From an uncultured Gammaproteobacteria bacterium (lineage in GTDB: Bacteria > Pseudomonadota > Gammaproteobacteria > Chromatiales > Chromatiaceae), in NCBI GenBank assembly GCA_963797085.1, contig CAWCOA010000025.1, positions 80,065-144,064 on the forward strand: DNA of 64,000 nt, written 5' to 3'. Each line of letters starts with the position of its first letter. The stretch's first letter is position 1. The notes beneath the pieces were generated by a model. The model was not told the origin of the DNA and did not search any database. It saw nothing but the letters and a program-made list of their open reading frames with translations. The position numbers and the translations under genes are program-made. Below, one piece after another: positions 52,156 to 61,425 of the stretch.

Positions 52156-53906
52156 GTGGACACCACCGCTGCTCACATTTTCGGCTGTCAGCAAGACCTT
52201 CCAAGCTGGCGGAGGGCAGGCGCAGGCGCTGGAAGGGGTAGGTTTCAGTATCCAGCCCGGCCGGGTGACGGGGCTGATCGGCCCGGATGGGGCGGGTAAG
52301 ACCACCTTGATGCGTCTCGCCGCCGGTTTGCTGTTGCCGGATGCGGGCGAGATCCGGGTGCTGGATATCGACGCCCTCGCCGAACCGTTGGCGGTGCAGT
52401 CCAGCGTTGGCTATATGCCACAGCGTTTTGGTCTCTATGAAGATCTCAGCGTGCAGGAAAATCTTGATCTCTACGCCGATCTGCAAGGCATGCCCATGGC
52501 GCAGCGGCCGGCCCGTTATGCGGAACTGATGCGGATGACCGGCCTGGGTCCGTTTACCCGACGGTTGGCAGGGCGTCTTTCTGGTGGCATGAAACAGAAG
52601 TTGGGCCTGGCCTGCACCCTGGTGCGTTCACCACGACTGTTGTTGTTGGATGAACCCACTGTCGGGGTCGACCCGGTTTCACGCCGTGAGCTTGTGGCAG
52701 ATCGTCTATCGTCAGGTACAGGAGGCGGGCATGAGTGTGCTGCTCAGCACCGCCTATCTGGATGAGGCGGAACGCTGTGACGAGGTGATGCTGGTTCACC
52801 AGGGCAAACTGCTGGGTCAGGGTGAACCGGCAGAGTTCAGTCGCGCAGTGGCGGGGCGGACATTTCTGGTGAGCGCCAAGGGGATGAGTCATCGCCGCTT
52901 GCAGGAACAACTGAACCGTGCCCCCGGCGTGCTGGATGCTCTGATAGAAGGTGAGGCGGTGCGCCTGGTCATGGAAACGCCTCAGGCGCCCACACCCGAA
53001 CTACTGCTGCCGGGGCAGGCCGATGTTCATATCGCGCCGGTGGCGCCGCGTTTCGAAGACGCCTTTGTCGCGCGCCTGAAAACCCGTCGGCCTGAGCCCG
53101 AGGCAGCGCTTTCACTGCAGCTGAAAATAAACGCGGCTGAGGGCGACGAGGTGATCCGGGTAGACAAGCTGCAACGACGTTTCGGTGATTTCATCGCGGT
53201 GAACAATGTCAGCTTCAGCGTGCGCCGGGGTGAGATCTTCGGTCTGCTGGGGGCCAATGGCGCCGGCAAATCCACCACCTTTCGTATGCTCTGCGGGCTG
53301 TTGCCTGCCAGCGGCGGCGAGCTGGCGGTAGCCGGACATGATCTGCGCCGCGCCGCCGCTTCCGCACGCGGGCGCATTGGCTACATGGCGCAGAAGTTTT
53401 CGCTCTACACCAATCTGTCGGTGACCCAGAACCTGCGTTTTTTCTCCAGCGCCTATGGCCTGCGCGGAAAATACCAAACTGAACGTCTCGACTGGGCGTT
53501 GACCACCTTCGAACTGGCTTCGTTTCGGGATGCCAATGCCGGTGATTTACCCTTGGGCTACAAACAGCGCCTGTCCTTTGCCGCGGCACTGATGCACCAG
53601 CCGGAGATCCTGTTTCTCGACGAGCCCACCTCCGGCGTCGATCCCCTGGCACGGCGGGAATTCTGGGCGCGTACCAATGCCCTGGCCGAGGCCGGGGTTA
53701 CGGTGCTGGTCACCACCCATTTCATGGAGGAAGCCAATTACTGTGACCGGCTGGTGATCATGGCTGACGGCGAAGTACTGGCCGAAGGCACACCGTTGGC
53801 AATGAAGACCCGTGCGCGCACAGTGGACAACCCCGACCCGACCATGGAGGATGCCTTCATTCAGCTGATCGAACAGCGCCAGGAAAAATCGGGGGCCGCA
53901 GCATGA
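52156..53906 (+). pseudogene. duplicated-ATPase ABC protein (YbhF-like), one or two frameshifts
   Basis: The first half has [43 protein letters not shown], then a frame change near 52694 into WQIVYRQVQEAGMSVLLSTAYLDEAERCD. The second half has GLLGANGAGKSTT..LFLDEPTSGVDP. The GTG at 52156 is out of frame with ..PPLLTFSAVSKTF, which implies a further indel at about 52160-52170. Confidence 0.85.
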
Positions 53907-55029
53907 CCCCGTTGGCCCGTATGCGTTTGTGGGGCATGATCCGCAAGGAGAGCCTGCAGATCCTGCGTGATCCATCGAGCATCTCCATCGCCTTCGTGAT
54001 GCCGGTGGTGTTGCTGTTTCTGTTCGGCTACGGTGTCTCGCTGGATGCGAAACATATTCCGGTGGGCATCGTCATCGAACAGCCGGACACCGCGACCCAG
54101 TCACTTGCGGGTTCCTTTGAACGCTCCGAGTTTTTTCGTCCGCTGCACTTCGATGCCATTCAAGCGGCGCAGCAGGCGCTGGATGAACGAAAGATCGACG
54201 GTATCATCTGGCTGCGCAACAATTTTTCCGCCAGGCTGTTGTCCGGTCACGAGGCACCCATCGGCGTCATCATCAATGGCGTGGACTCCAATCAGGCCAA
54301 TATCACCCAGGGGTATATTCAGGGCGCCTGGCAGGCGTGGCTCGGCCTTTATGCCGAGAGTCGTGGCCAGCCGCTGCCCATGCCGGTGAGTCTGGAACAA
54401 CGGGTGTGGTTCAATGCCGCGCTTGTCCAGCCGTCTGTTTCTGGTGCCGGGGTTGATCGCCATCATTATGACCCTGATTGGTTCACTGCTCACCGCCATG
54501 GTGGTGGCGCGCGAATGGGAGCGCGGCACCATGGAGGCGCTGATGGTGACGCCACTACACAGGGGCGAGATACTGGCGGGCAAGCTGGTTCCTTATTTTG
54601 TGCTGGGCATGGGTGGCATGTTATTCAGTGTGGCCCTGGCAGTGTGGCAGTTTGAGGTGCCGCTGCGCGGTTCCTTCTGGTTGCTGATGCTCAGCTCGGC
54701 GCTGTTCATGTCTGGTGGCGCTGGCTATCGGGTTGTTGATTTCCATCGTCTCGAAAAATCAGTTTGTGGCGGGGCAGTTGGCCATCATCGTTACCTTTTT
54801 ACCTGCCTTTATCCTGTCCGGGTTTCTGTTTGATATTCATTCCATGCCCGCCTGGATACAGCTCATCACCCATTTGGTGCCGGCACGCTATTTCGTGGCC
54901 ATCCTGCAAACCCTGTTTCTCGCGGGTGATGTCTGGCCGGTGGTGCTGGCCAACATGAGCGCGCTGTTGATAATGTTGTTGCTCTTTTTCACCCTGGTGT
55001 GGCGCAAGTTCCACAAGCGGCTGGAGTAG
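53903..55029 (+). pseudogene. ABC-2 permease (YbhS-like), two frameshifts
   Basis: MTPLARMRLWGMIRKESLQILRD..RVWFNAAL | SSRLFLVPGLIAIIMTLIGSLLTAMVVAREWERGTMEAL..SSALFM | VALAIGLLISIVSKNQFVAGQ..WRKFHKRLE. The indels are near 54423 and 54708. Confidence 0.85.
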
Positions 55030-55032
55030 CTT

Positions 55033-56145
55033 ATGTATTTCAGGCTTATTCTTGCCCTGGCCATCAAAGAGTTTCTGGCCCTGTTGCGAGACAAGCGCAG
55101 CCGCTTCGTCATCATCGGCCCGCCCATCGTGCAACTGCTGGTATTCGGGTTTGCCGCTACTTATGACCTCAACGATGTGCCGGTGGCGATCTATAACGAG
55201 GATCACGGCGGCGCGGCGCGGGAACTGGTCAGCCGCATCGAGGGCTCACCCAATTTTCAGGTCATTGCCTACATTGACCGTGACAGCGAAGTCGCACCAA
55301 TGATCGACAACCGGGACGTACTGCTGGTGCTGCACATCGGTCAGCGTTTCAGTGCCGAGCTGATGCAGGGCAGGAGTGCACCGTTGCAGGCGATACTGGA
55401 TGGCCGCAACTCCAACACGGCGATGACCGCCATGAATTACCTGCGTAGCATACTGCTGGATTACAACCGCAACTGGCTGGCATCACAGGGTAAAACGGGT
55501 CCGCAGGTCAGCTTGCAGTCGCGTGCCTGGTATAACGAGAATTTACAGTCGCGCTGGTTTATCGTGCCCGGTATCGTTGGCCTGCTGACCCTGGTGGTGA
55601 CCCTGCTGGTGACGGCACTCTCGGTGGCGCGGGAGCGCGAGGCGGGCACCTTCGACCAATTGCTGGTGACCCCCATGCGGCCGCTGGAGATCCTCATCGG
55701 CAAGGCCATTCCCGGCATCGTCATCGGCTTGCTGGAGGCCACGCTGATTATTCTGCTGATGGTGATCTTTTTCGATATTCCCCTGCGCGGCAGCCTCGGT
55801 GCGCTGTATCTGGGCATCGCGCTGTTTCTGCTCTCCGCCGTGGGTGTCGGTCTGATGATCTCTGCCATTGCGGTGACCCAGCAGCAGGCGGTGCTGGGGG
55901 CCTTTTTGTTTCTGGTGCCGGCGGTTATTCTCTCCGGTTTCTCCACTCCCATCGCCAACATGCCGCAGGCGGTGCAGTGGCTGACCTATCTCGATCCGCT
56001 ACGGTATTTCCTCGTGGTGGTGCGTAGCGTAACCCTGGAAGGCAATAGCTATGCGCTGCTGATCAATCAATATTGGCCGATGGCCGTCATTGGTGTGGTG
56101 ACTCTGGCCCTGGCCGGCTGGCTGTTCCGGCATCGCATGTATTAA
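55033..56145 (+). CDS. ABC-2 permease (YbhR-like), intact
   Basis: MYFRLILALAIKEFLALLRDKRSRF..SVAREREAGTFDQLLVTPMRPLEIL..; 370 aa, six hydrophobic segments. Confidence 0.85.
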   Translation: MYFRLILALAIKEFLALLRDKRSRFVIIGPPIVQLLVFGFAATYDLNDVPVAIYNEDHGGAARELVSRIEGSPNFQVIAYIDRDSEVAPMIDNRDVLLVLHIGQRFSAELMQGRSAPLQAILDGRNSNTAMTAMNYLRSILLDYNRNWLASQGKTGPQVSLQSRAWYNENLQSRWFIVPGIVGLLTLVVTLLVTALSVAREREAGTFDQLLVTPMRPLEILIGKAIPGIVIGLLEATLIILLMVIFFDIPLRGSLGALYLGIALFLLSAVGVGLMISAIAVTQQQAVLGAFLFLVPAVILSGFSTPIANMPQAVQWLTYLDPLRYFLVVVRSVTLEGNSYALLINQYWPMAVIGVVTLALAGWLFRHRMY

Positions 56146-56238
56146 CCTGGGTTTCTCAATTCACCATGGTCCTTGCTTTAGTTCTTTGATTCAACAGGAG
56201 CTATTGGTTAAATTTCACTGCTGTCCCGTTAACTTTCA

Positions 56239-56418
56239 TATTGGGGAACACTAGCATTCCATCCGTTTTTTGACGGTACGATCTCCTATCATACTGATAT
56301 TACAAGAGAAATAATCTTCGGCCTGACCAAAAATTAGACAGTTGAAAAAATTCTATAGAATCAAATGGTTAAGCTAGAAATCGCCGAGTTTTGTACGAAA
56401 TGCTAGTGTTCCCCAATA
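56239..56418. mobile_element. MITE-like element: 176-bp core with 18-bp perfect terminal inverted repeats, flanked by TA/TA
   Basis: TA-TTGGGGAACACTAGCATT (56239-56258) is the exact reverse complement of AATGCTAGTGTTCCCCAA-TA (56399-18). There is no ORF inside. The element interrupts the parE reading frame. A TA duplication is the IS630/Tc1-mariner signature. Confidence 0.6.
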
Positions 56419-56514
56419 CTGATCAGCCTGCGCTTCGCCCCATCGCTTATAGGTGTAAAGCCAGATTTTTTTCAGGTCCTGTTTGGCGCGTGCCTGTTGA
56501 TGAAGCTTATACAT
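56374..56514 (-). pseudogene. parE: ParE-family toxin remnant (first about 32 codons, then reads into the MITE)
   Basis: MYKLHQQARAKQDLKKIWLYTYKRWGEAQADQY matches ParE N-termini (A..DL..IW.Y....WG..QA..Y). The ORF then enters the MITE repeat and stops at 56374-56376. The sequence beyond the MITE has stops in all frames. Confidence 0.65.
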
Positions 56515-56533
56515 CCCTCGGCGCTAATCCGGC

Positions 56534-56767
56534 TTACTGCCTGGCTTCTTCCCTAATGGCGGCCATATCGAGCGGCCCAGCATCTCCGCTTTCTTCACCT
56601 TCAATTAAGGCTTGGCGCAGGGCATGGACCTTTTGTTCATGTTCTTCGAGCAGGCGCAAAGAAGCCCTAATCACTTCACTGGCCGAACCATAGCGGCCCT
56701 GCCTCACTTGGTCCGCAATAAAGCCTTCAAAATGCTCGCCTAACGTAATACTGGTGTGTTTGGACAT
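56534..56767 (-). CDS. parD: ParD-family (CC2985-type) antitoxin, intact
   Basis: [44 protein letters not shown] is a ribbon-helix-helix antitoxin of the ParD/ParE type. AAGGAG RBS. Confidence 0.85.
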   Translation of the reverse strand: MSKHTSITLGEHFEGFIADQVRQGRYGSASEVIRASLRLLEEHEQKVHALRQALIEGEESGDAGPLDMAAIREEARQ

Positions 56768-56787
56768 CGTCTTGACTCCTTACCTCG

Positions 56788-56815
56788 ATACCAATAACTA
56801 CCGTTATTTTGGTAT
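56788..56815. promoter_or_regulatory. imperfect palindrome upstream of parD (candidate autoregulatory operator)
   Basis: ATACCAATAAC-tacc-GTTATTTTGGTAT lies 21-48 nt upstream of the parD start. Further TGGTATTT repeats occur at 56810-56817 and 56850-56857. Confidence 0.3.
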
Positions 56816-56905
56816 TTATGGCAAGAAAAAACAAGGATTGTCGAAGTTGTGGTATTTCTGAAAACTGAACAGATGTCTAAGGAACTGTTCACTTTTACAG
56901 GAACC

Positions 56906-56977
56906 CCGGCCAAGATTCATGTTTATGCCGAGCTCGGCATAAACACGATAATCCCGAGTTCCGGATTATGTCGAGTA
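56906..56977. repeat. RIT left terminal inverted repeat
   Basis: CCGGCCAAGATTCATGTTTATGCCGAGCTCGGCATAAACACGATAATCCCGAGTTCCGGATTATGTCGAGTA is the reverse complement of 60356-60427 except for one base (56910). It contains the 22-bp perfect palindrome TTTATGCCGAGCTCGGCATAAA (56922-56943). Confidence 0.9.
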
Positions 56978-57098
56978 GGCGGTTTTTATCCGCCTAATCA
57001 TAGAGAATTCCTACGTTTTCCGTTTAAACTGCTCGACATAACCCAACGATAGGGCTTTTCTTCTTCTGTGGCCATTTAGGCCCAGGAAGGAGAAAATC

Positions 57099-58349
57099 AT
57101 GATCGATTCCATCTTTGTTCGGGCATCAGTGCTCGCGCGATTACACCAAAACCCTCTTGTAGCTCATCTAGAGTGTCTCGCTACCACCTTGCACCAGCAA
57201 GGCTACGCACGGCGTAGTATTCAGGACTGTGTACTTGCCGGCGAAAAGTTTGGCTGCTGGCTACATCGGCAAGGCTGCGTATGCACTGCGATCGATGAAG
57301 CGCTTTTGGGGCGCTATGTCGCTGGACTGAAACGTTACCGTTCCGGTAAGCGTTGCAAAGGCGCAGCGGGCTTGAACCATCTATTCAGAATACTGCGCCA
57401 ACAAGGGGTCGTGGTCGAACGGCAAGCAGCGACGCTTATAGCGCCCGTTGATCAATGGCTCGCTCGATACGAGCAATACCTGGAGCAAGTCGTGGGTGCC
57501 GTCGTTAGCACCCGTCAGCGCTATCGTCCGATTGTTCGACAGTTCATTAGAAAATGCTGTATCTCGGGAGAAGTCAATTGGCCCTCATTGAGCGCGCAGA
57601 CAATCACTGAGTTTGTTTGCAAGCAAGCAGCCGCCCGGCAGGGTCATGGACGTAAGCTGCCGAGCGTGGCGGTGCGCTCGTTTTTGCGCTTTCTGGTCTT
57701 TCAAGGTGAGATCAACACCGGCTTAGAGGCCGCGGCACCCCCACCACCACAGTGGACGCACGCGGCGCTGCCGGTCCGCCTGACACCCGAGCAGGTTGAG
57801 CGTGTGGTGGCCGTTTACAAAGAGAAAACAGCCAGCAGTCTGCGCAACCGCGCCATACTCTTGTTACTGGCGCGCCTTGGCCTACGCGCCGGGGAGGTTC
57901 TCACACTGGGCTTGGACGACATCGATTGGTACCAGGGTCGGCTTATTATCCGCCCTGGTAAGACCCACCAGGCACGCACGTTGCCATTACCCCAGGACGT
58001 GGGCAACGCCCTGGTCGCATACCTTGAAGACGGTCGGCCCACAGGCAGTACCAGTCGACAGATCTTCTTGCAGTGCCATCCGCCGTTTCAACCGTTAGCC
58101 ACCAGCAACGCCGTCGTGAAGGTCGTACGACGGGCGTTGCAGCGGGCGGGTGTGGCCAAACAACCCCGCGTCGTGAGTCATATTTTTCGCCACACGGCCG
58201 CCTCTCAGATGCTCAATCAAGGTGCCAGCTTCAAAGAGGTGGCCGACATCTTAGGGCACCGTTCACTACAAACCACAGGCATCTACGCGAAACTGGATTT
58301 GAAGGCGTTGGTTTCGGTAGCACTGCCGTGGTTGGGAGGTGCCCAATGA
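57099..58349 (+). CDS. tyrosine recombinase RitA-type (416 aa)
   Basis: The catalytic set lies in LGLRAGEVLTL (Arg), HIFRHTAAS (H-x-x-R) and GHRSLQTTGIYAKL (His, Tyr). A long N-terminal SAM-like domain is present. Confidence 0.88.
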   Translation: MIDSIFVRASVLARLHQNPLVAHLECLATTLHQQGYARRSIQDCVLAGEKFGCWLHRQGCVCTAIDEALLGRYVAGLKRYRSGKRCKGAAGLNHLFRILRQQGVVVERQAATLIAPVDQWLARYEQYLEQVVGAVVSTRQRYRPIVRQFIRKCCISGEVNWPSLSAQTITEFVCKQAAARQGHGRKLPSVAVRSFLRFLVFQGEINTGLEAAAPPPPQWTHAALPVRLTPEQVERVVAVYKEKTASSLRNRAILLLLARLGLRAGEVLTLGLDDIDWYQGRLIIRPGKTHQARTLPLPQDVGNALVAYLEDGRPTGSTSRQIFLQCHPPFQPLATSNAVVKVVRRALQRAGVAKQPRVVSHIFRHTAASQMLNQGASFKEVADILGHRSLQTTGIYAKLDLKALVSVALPWLGGAQ

Positions 58350-59311
58350 ACATCAATACCGATTTTCTAGATACCCAGTTAACGGCGTATCTGAGCCTGC
58401 GCGAAGCCCTCGGTTTTCAGCTGTGCGCCGAGAAGTTTCTTTTGCCAGAATTTGTCGCCTTTGTTCAAACACAGAACATAACCGGCCCGATTCGCGCCCA
58501 CCTGGCCTTGGATTGGGCCTGTTCCGCCTCCACTCAGCGAGGCGCTAGCGGTGCGGCCAGGCGCTTGAGCATCGCACGCAGGTTTCTGACTTTCGTCCAG
58601 GCCTCAGCGCCGGATACCGAGGTGCCACCCCAAAATCTGTTGCCCAGCGCCAGGCGAACGAAACCGTACATTTTTACACCGACTCAGCTGACGCTGTTAT
58701 TCGAAGCGGCCCGAGCGAGTCGGCCCCAGGCGTCGCTACGCCCCGCCATGTTATCGACCTTGATTGGTCTGTTGGCGAGTACGGGTCTGCGCGTCGGCGA
58801 AGCTATCCGGCTACAGCTGGCAGACGTGAAGTTAGACTTCGATCCCGCTCAACTTTACATCCTGGAGACAAAGTTCCACAAATCACGGATCGTACCGTTA
58901 CATCCCAGCACGGTGGAGCCACTGCGCCATTACGCCGAACAGCGTGCACGCTTAGGCTACGATGGCCTATCGGATTCTTTCTTCTTATCAGAACAGGGAC
59001 GAGCATTGAGTTATCCCGTCCTGCATCGCTGGTTTACCCGGCTGTGTCGGCGACTGGCCATTCAACCTACGGATGACAGTCGGGGTCCTTGCCTGACGTC
59101 GTTTCGGCATACCTTTGCCGTGACCTGTATGCGCCGCTGGTATCAGCAGGGGCTGGATGTGCAAGTCTGGTTACCACACCTGTCGGTCTACCTGGGTCAC
59201 GTACGACCACAAGACAGTTACTGGTACTTAACCGCCGTGCCCGAACTGCTGAACGCCGCAGCGGAGCGGTTCCGCACTTATGCGACCACGGGAGGTGATC
59301 ATGATAAATAG
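58346..59311 (+). CDS. tyrosine recombinase RitB-type (321 aa)
   Basis: ATGA overlap with the ritA stop, with GGGAGG upstream. Motifs are TGLRVGEAIRL, SFRHTFAV and LGHVRPQDSYWYL. Confidence 0.88.
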   Translation: MNINTDFLDTQLTAYLSLREALGFQLCAEKFLLPEFVAFVQTQNITGPIRAHLALDWACSASTQRGASGAARRLSIARRFLTFVQASAPDTEVPPQNLLPSARRTKPYIFTPTQLTLLFEAARASRPQASLRPAMLSTLIGLLASTGLRVGEAIRLQLADVKLDFDPAQLYILETKFHKSRIVPLHPSTVEPLRHYAEQRARLGYDGLSDSFFLSEQGRALSYPVLHRWFTRLCRRLAIQPTDDSRGPCLTSFRHTFAVTCMRRWYQQGLDVQVWLPHLSVYLGHVRPQDSYWYLTAVPELLNAAAERFRTYATTGGDHDK

Positions 59312-60302
59312 CGGCTTGATTGCACCTTATCTGCAAGCGTTCTTCGCCGACTACTTGTGCCAGCAAAAACGCATGAGTCCTCAAACGATTATCAGCTATC
59401 GTGATACCTTCCGGTTATTGTTGACGTTTGTTAAAAATACAACAGGCATCGAGCCCTGCGCATTGCGGGTGGTCGACTTGGATGCACCCGCCGTACTCAG
59501 CTTTCTAGATCACCTTGAGCAGCAGCGCGGCAACTCGGTTAGCTCACGCAACGTCCGGTTGTCCGCTATCAGATCGTTCTTCCGTTTGATTGCCTTGCGC
59601 GATCCCGACAGCGTTGGCCTTGCCACGCGCGTGCTCGCAATCCCCGTCAAGCGGGAAGACAAAAAGCTGATCGGGTATCTGACACGAACAGAGATTCAAG
59701 CGCTGCTCGCCGCGCCAGACCGTTCGCAGTGGGCAGGCCAGCGTGATCACGCATTGTTTCTAACGCTGTACAATAGCGGTGCTCGGGTCTCCGAAATCAT
59801 CGCCCTGAAGCGCGATCACATCTGTTTTGGCGCTACCAGCTTCTTGCAGCTGACGGGCAAGGGCCGAAAAGAACGTACGATACCGCTATGGAGCGAAACC
59901 AGTAAGGTCCTGAAAGCCTGGTTTCGTAAGCTCGATAATAACGCAGATAGCATCGTTTTCCCCAATGCCAGGGGCAAACACCTGTCGCGCGACGGTGTTG
60001 ATTACCTGTTAAAACGGTCTGTCCGCAAAGCAACCATCGACTGCCCCGGCCTTGCGACCAAGACGATAACTCCTCACATCGTTCGCCACGCGACTGCCAT
60101 GCATTTGCTACAGGCTGGCGTGGATATCGCAACGATCGCGCTCTGGCTCGGTCATGAAAGTATCGAGACCACTCACGTTTATCTCGAAGCTGATCTCGCC
60201 CTCAAAGAAAAGGCACTGGCAAAACTTGACCCTGTAGAGGATGGGCGCATGTTGCGGTTTAAGGCAGATGACCCACTGCTGGCGTTTCTCGCTTCGCTCT
60301 GA
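59301..60302 (+). CDS. tyrosine recombinase RitC-type (333 aa)
   Basis: ATG 59301 follows GGGAGG and overlaps the ritB end by 11 nt. Motifs are SGARVSEIIAL, HIVRHATAMHLL and GHESIETTHVYLEAD. Confidence 0.88.
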   Translation: MINSGLIAPYLQAFFADYLCQQKRMSPQTIISYRDTFRLLLTFVKNTTGIEPCALRVVDLDAPAVLSFLDHLEQQRGNSVSSRNVRLSAIRSFFRLIALRDPDSVGLATRVLAIPVKREDKKLIGYLTRTEIQALLAAPDRSQWAGQRDHALFLTLYNSGARVSEIIALKRDHICFGATSFLQLTGKGRKERTIPLWSETSKVLKAWFRKLDNNADSIVFPNARGKHLSRDGVDYLLKRSVRKATIDCPGLATKTITPHIVRHATAMHLLQAGVDIATIALWLGHESIETTHVYLEADLALKEKALAKLDPVEDGRMLRFKADDPLLAFLASL

Positions 60303-60355
60303 TTATGCCGAGTAAGATCTCATGAAATCGCTACCTCGTATACGCTCACCTACGT

Positions 60356-60427
60356 TACTCGACATAATCCGGAACTCGGGATTATCGTGTTTATGCCGAG
60401 CTCGGCATAAACATGAATCTTGTCCGG
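60356..60427. repeat. RIT right terminal inverted repeat
   Basis: Reverse complement of 56906-56977; contains the same 22-bp palindrome at 60390-60411. Confidence 0.9.
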
Positions 60428-60508
60428 AGGCCGTACACACGCAATGATTTCTTGACGTTCAATACTATTGTGTCGCGACAACAAGAACAGAACGAGACTG
60501 TATTAGCC

Positions 60509-61081
60509 TTACAATATTTTCCCCGCTACATCGGCATAAATATCCTTCACCGGTATCGACAGACCGATGGATGAAAATTCAACTGTATCGCCATCTCCGT
60601 ATTGCGTCAGTATGGTTTGGCCCTCAGCCATTGTGTAGCGTCCAATTTCAACTCGATCCTGAGCAATAGTGAAGTATTCAAGCAACGAGGAAATACTGCT
60701 GTAGGCGGCGAGCTTTTCCAGCTTGTCTCGCGTTTCGGTAGAAGGAGAAAGCACCTCGACAATCAACACGGGCTTCTCTTCATAGTATTCGCTCGGTGGT
60801 TGATCATCACAGGAAACCATGACATCAGGGTAATAAAATAAGTCATTCCCTTTGGTTTGAATGCGCACTTTCATGTCCGACATATAGGAACGACAGGGCT
60901 TGCCTTTTAGATGCTGTTTCATCTCAGAGGCCACCGTTAATGCGATGAGGTTATGCGCTCGACTAGCGCCGACCATGGCAAAAACATAGCCGTTATCATA
61001 CTCATGCTTTACATCAGAAGAATGTTCACCTTGCAAATATTCTTCTGGCAACACGGTGACTGTAGTGGGTGCTAATGCCAT
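60509..61081 (-). CDS. Uma2-family (DUF820) putative endonuclease
   Basis: ..EYDNGYVFAMVGASRAHNLIA..DLFYYPDVMVSCD..PVLIVEVLSPST.TRD...K...Y carries the PD-(D/E)xK-like Uma2 pattern. 190 aa, intact. Confidence 0.78.
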   Translation of the reverse strand: MALAPTTVTVLPEEYLQGEHSSDVKHEYDNGYVFAMVGASRAHNLIALTVASEMKQHLKGKPCRSYMSDMKVRIQTKGNDLFYYPDVMVSCDDQPPSEYYEEKPVLIVEVLSPSTETRDKLEKLAAYSSISSLLEYFTIAQDRVEIGRYTMAEGQTILTQYGDGDTVEFSSIGLSIPVKDIYADVAGKIL

Positions 61082-61336
61082 AACAAATGTTTCTTAATAT
61101 CAATAAGAGTCTCTGACTCAGGGTATTTTTGCATAACATCCAAAAAAGTCCATTTTCGGGTGGTGACAAGATTCGAACTTGAAACGGTGAAAAAGCATGA
61201 TCTCAAGATATATCAATAGGTTGCGAAAACGAAAACATGTGCCCTATTGATTTACAGTGCATTCCTTAGCGGCAGTTTTGACTTAAATTGTCCGGTAACC
61301 CCAGTTTCGCCGATTTAGCCTGAAGTTGACAGTACC

Positions 61337-61373
61337 CACCCATTGCATGCACCACAATGCCTTTGTGTCGTGC
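61337..61373. repeat. 37-bp direct repeat, copy A
   Basis: CACCCATTGCATGCACCACAATGCCTTTGTGTCGTGC is 34/37 identical to 63035-63071. It is intergenic, just 3' of the ATPase gene. Confidence 0.8.
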
Positions 61374-61425
61374 TTACTGAGAAGACTCTACTTACCCTGC
61401 TGTAAAGCGTCAGGTTGATCCCCTT

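Larger units (their letters stand above)
56906..60427 (+). mobile_element. recombinase-in-trio (RIT/TRT) element, complete (3522 bp)
   Basis: Three tandem, overlapping tyrosine-recombinase genes are bounded by 72-bp terminal inverted repeats (71/72 complementary). No target-site duplication is visible. Confidence 0.85.

Noticed and set aside
56391-56693. 100-aa + strand ORF
   Set aside because: It is antisense to parD and the parE remnant and spans the MITE repeat. It is an artefact of the ORF scan.
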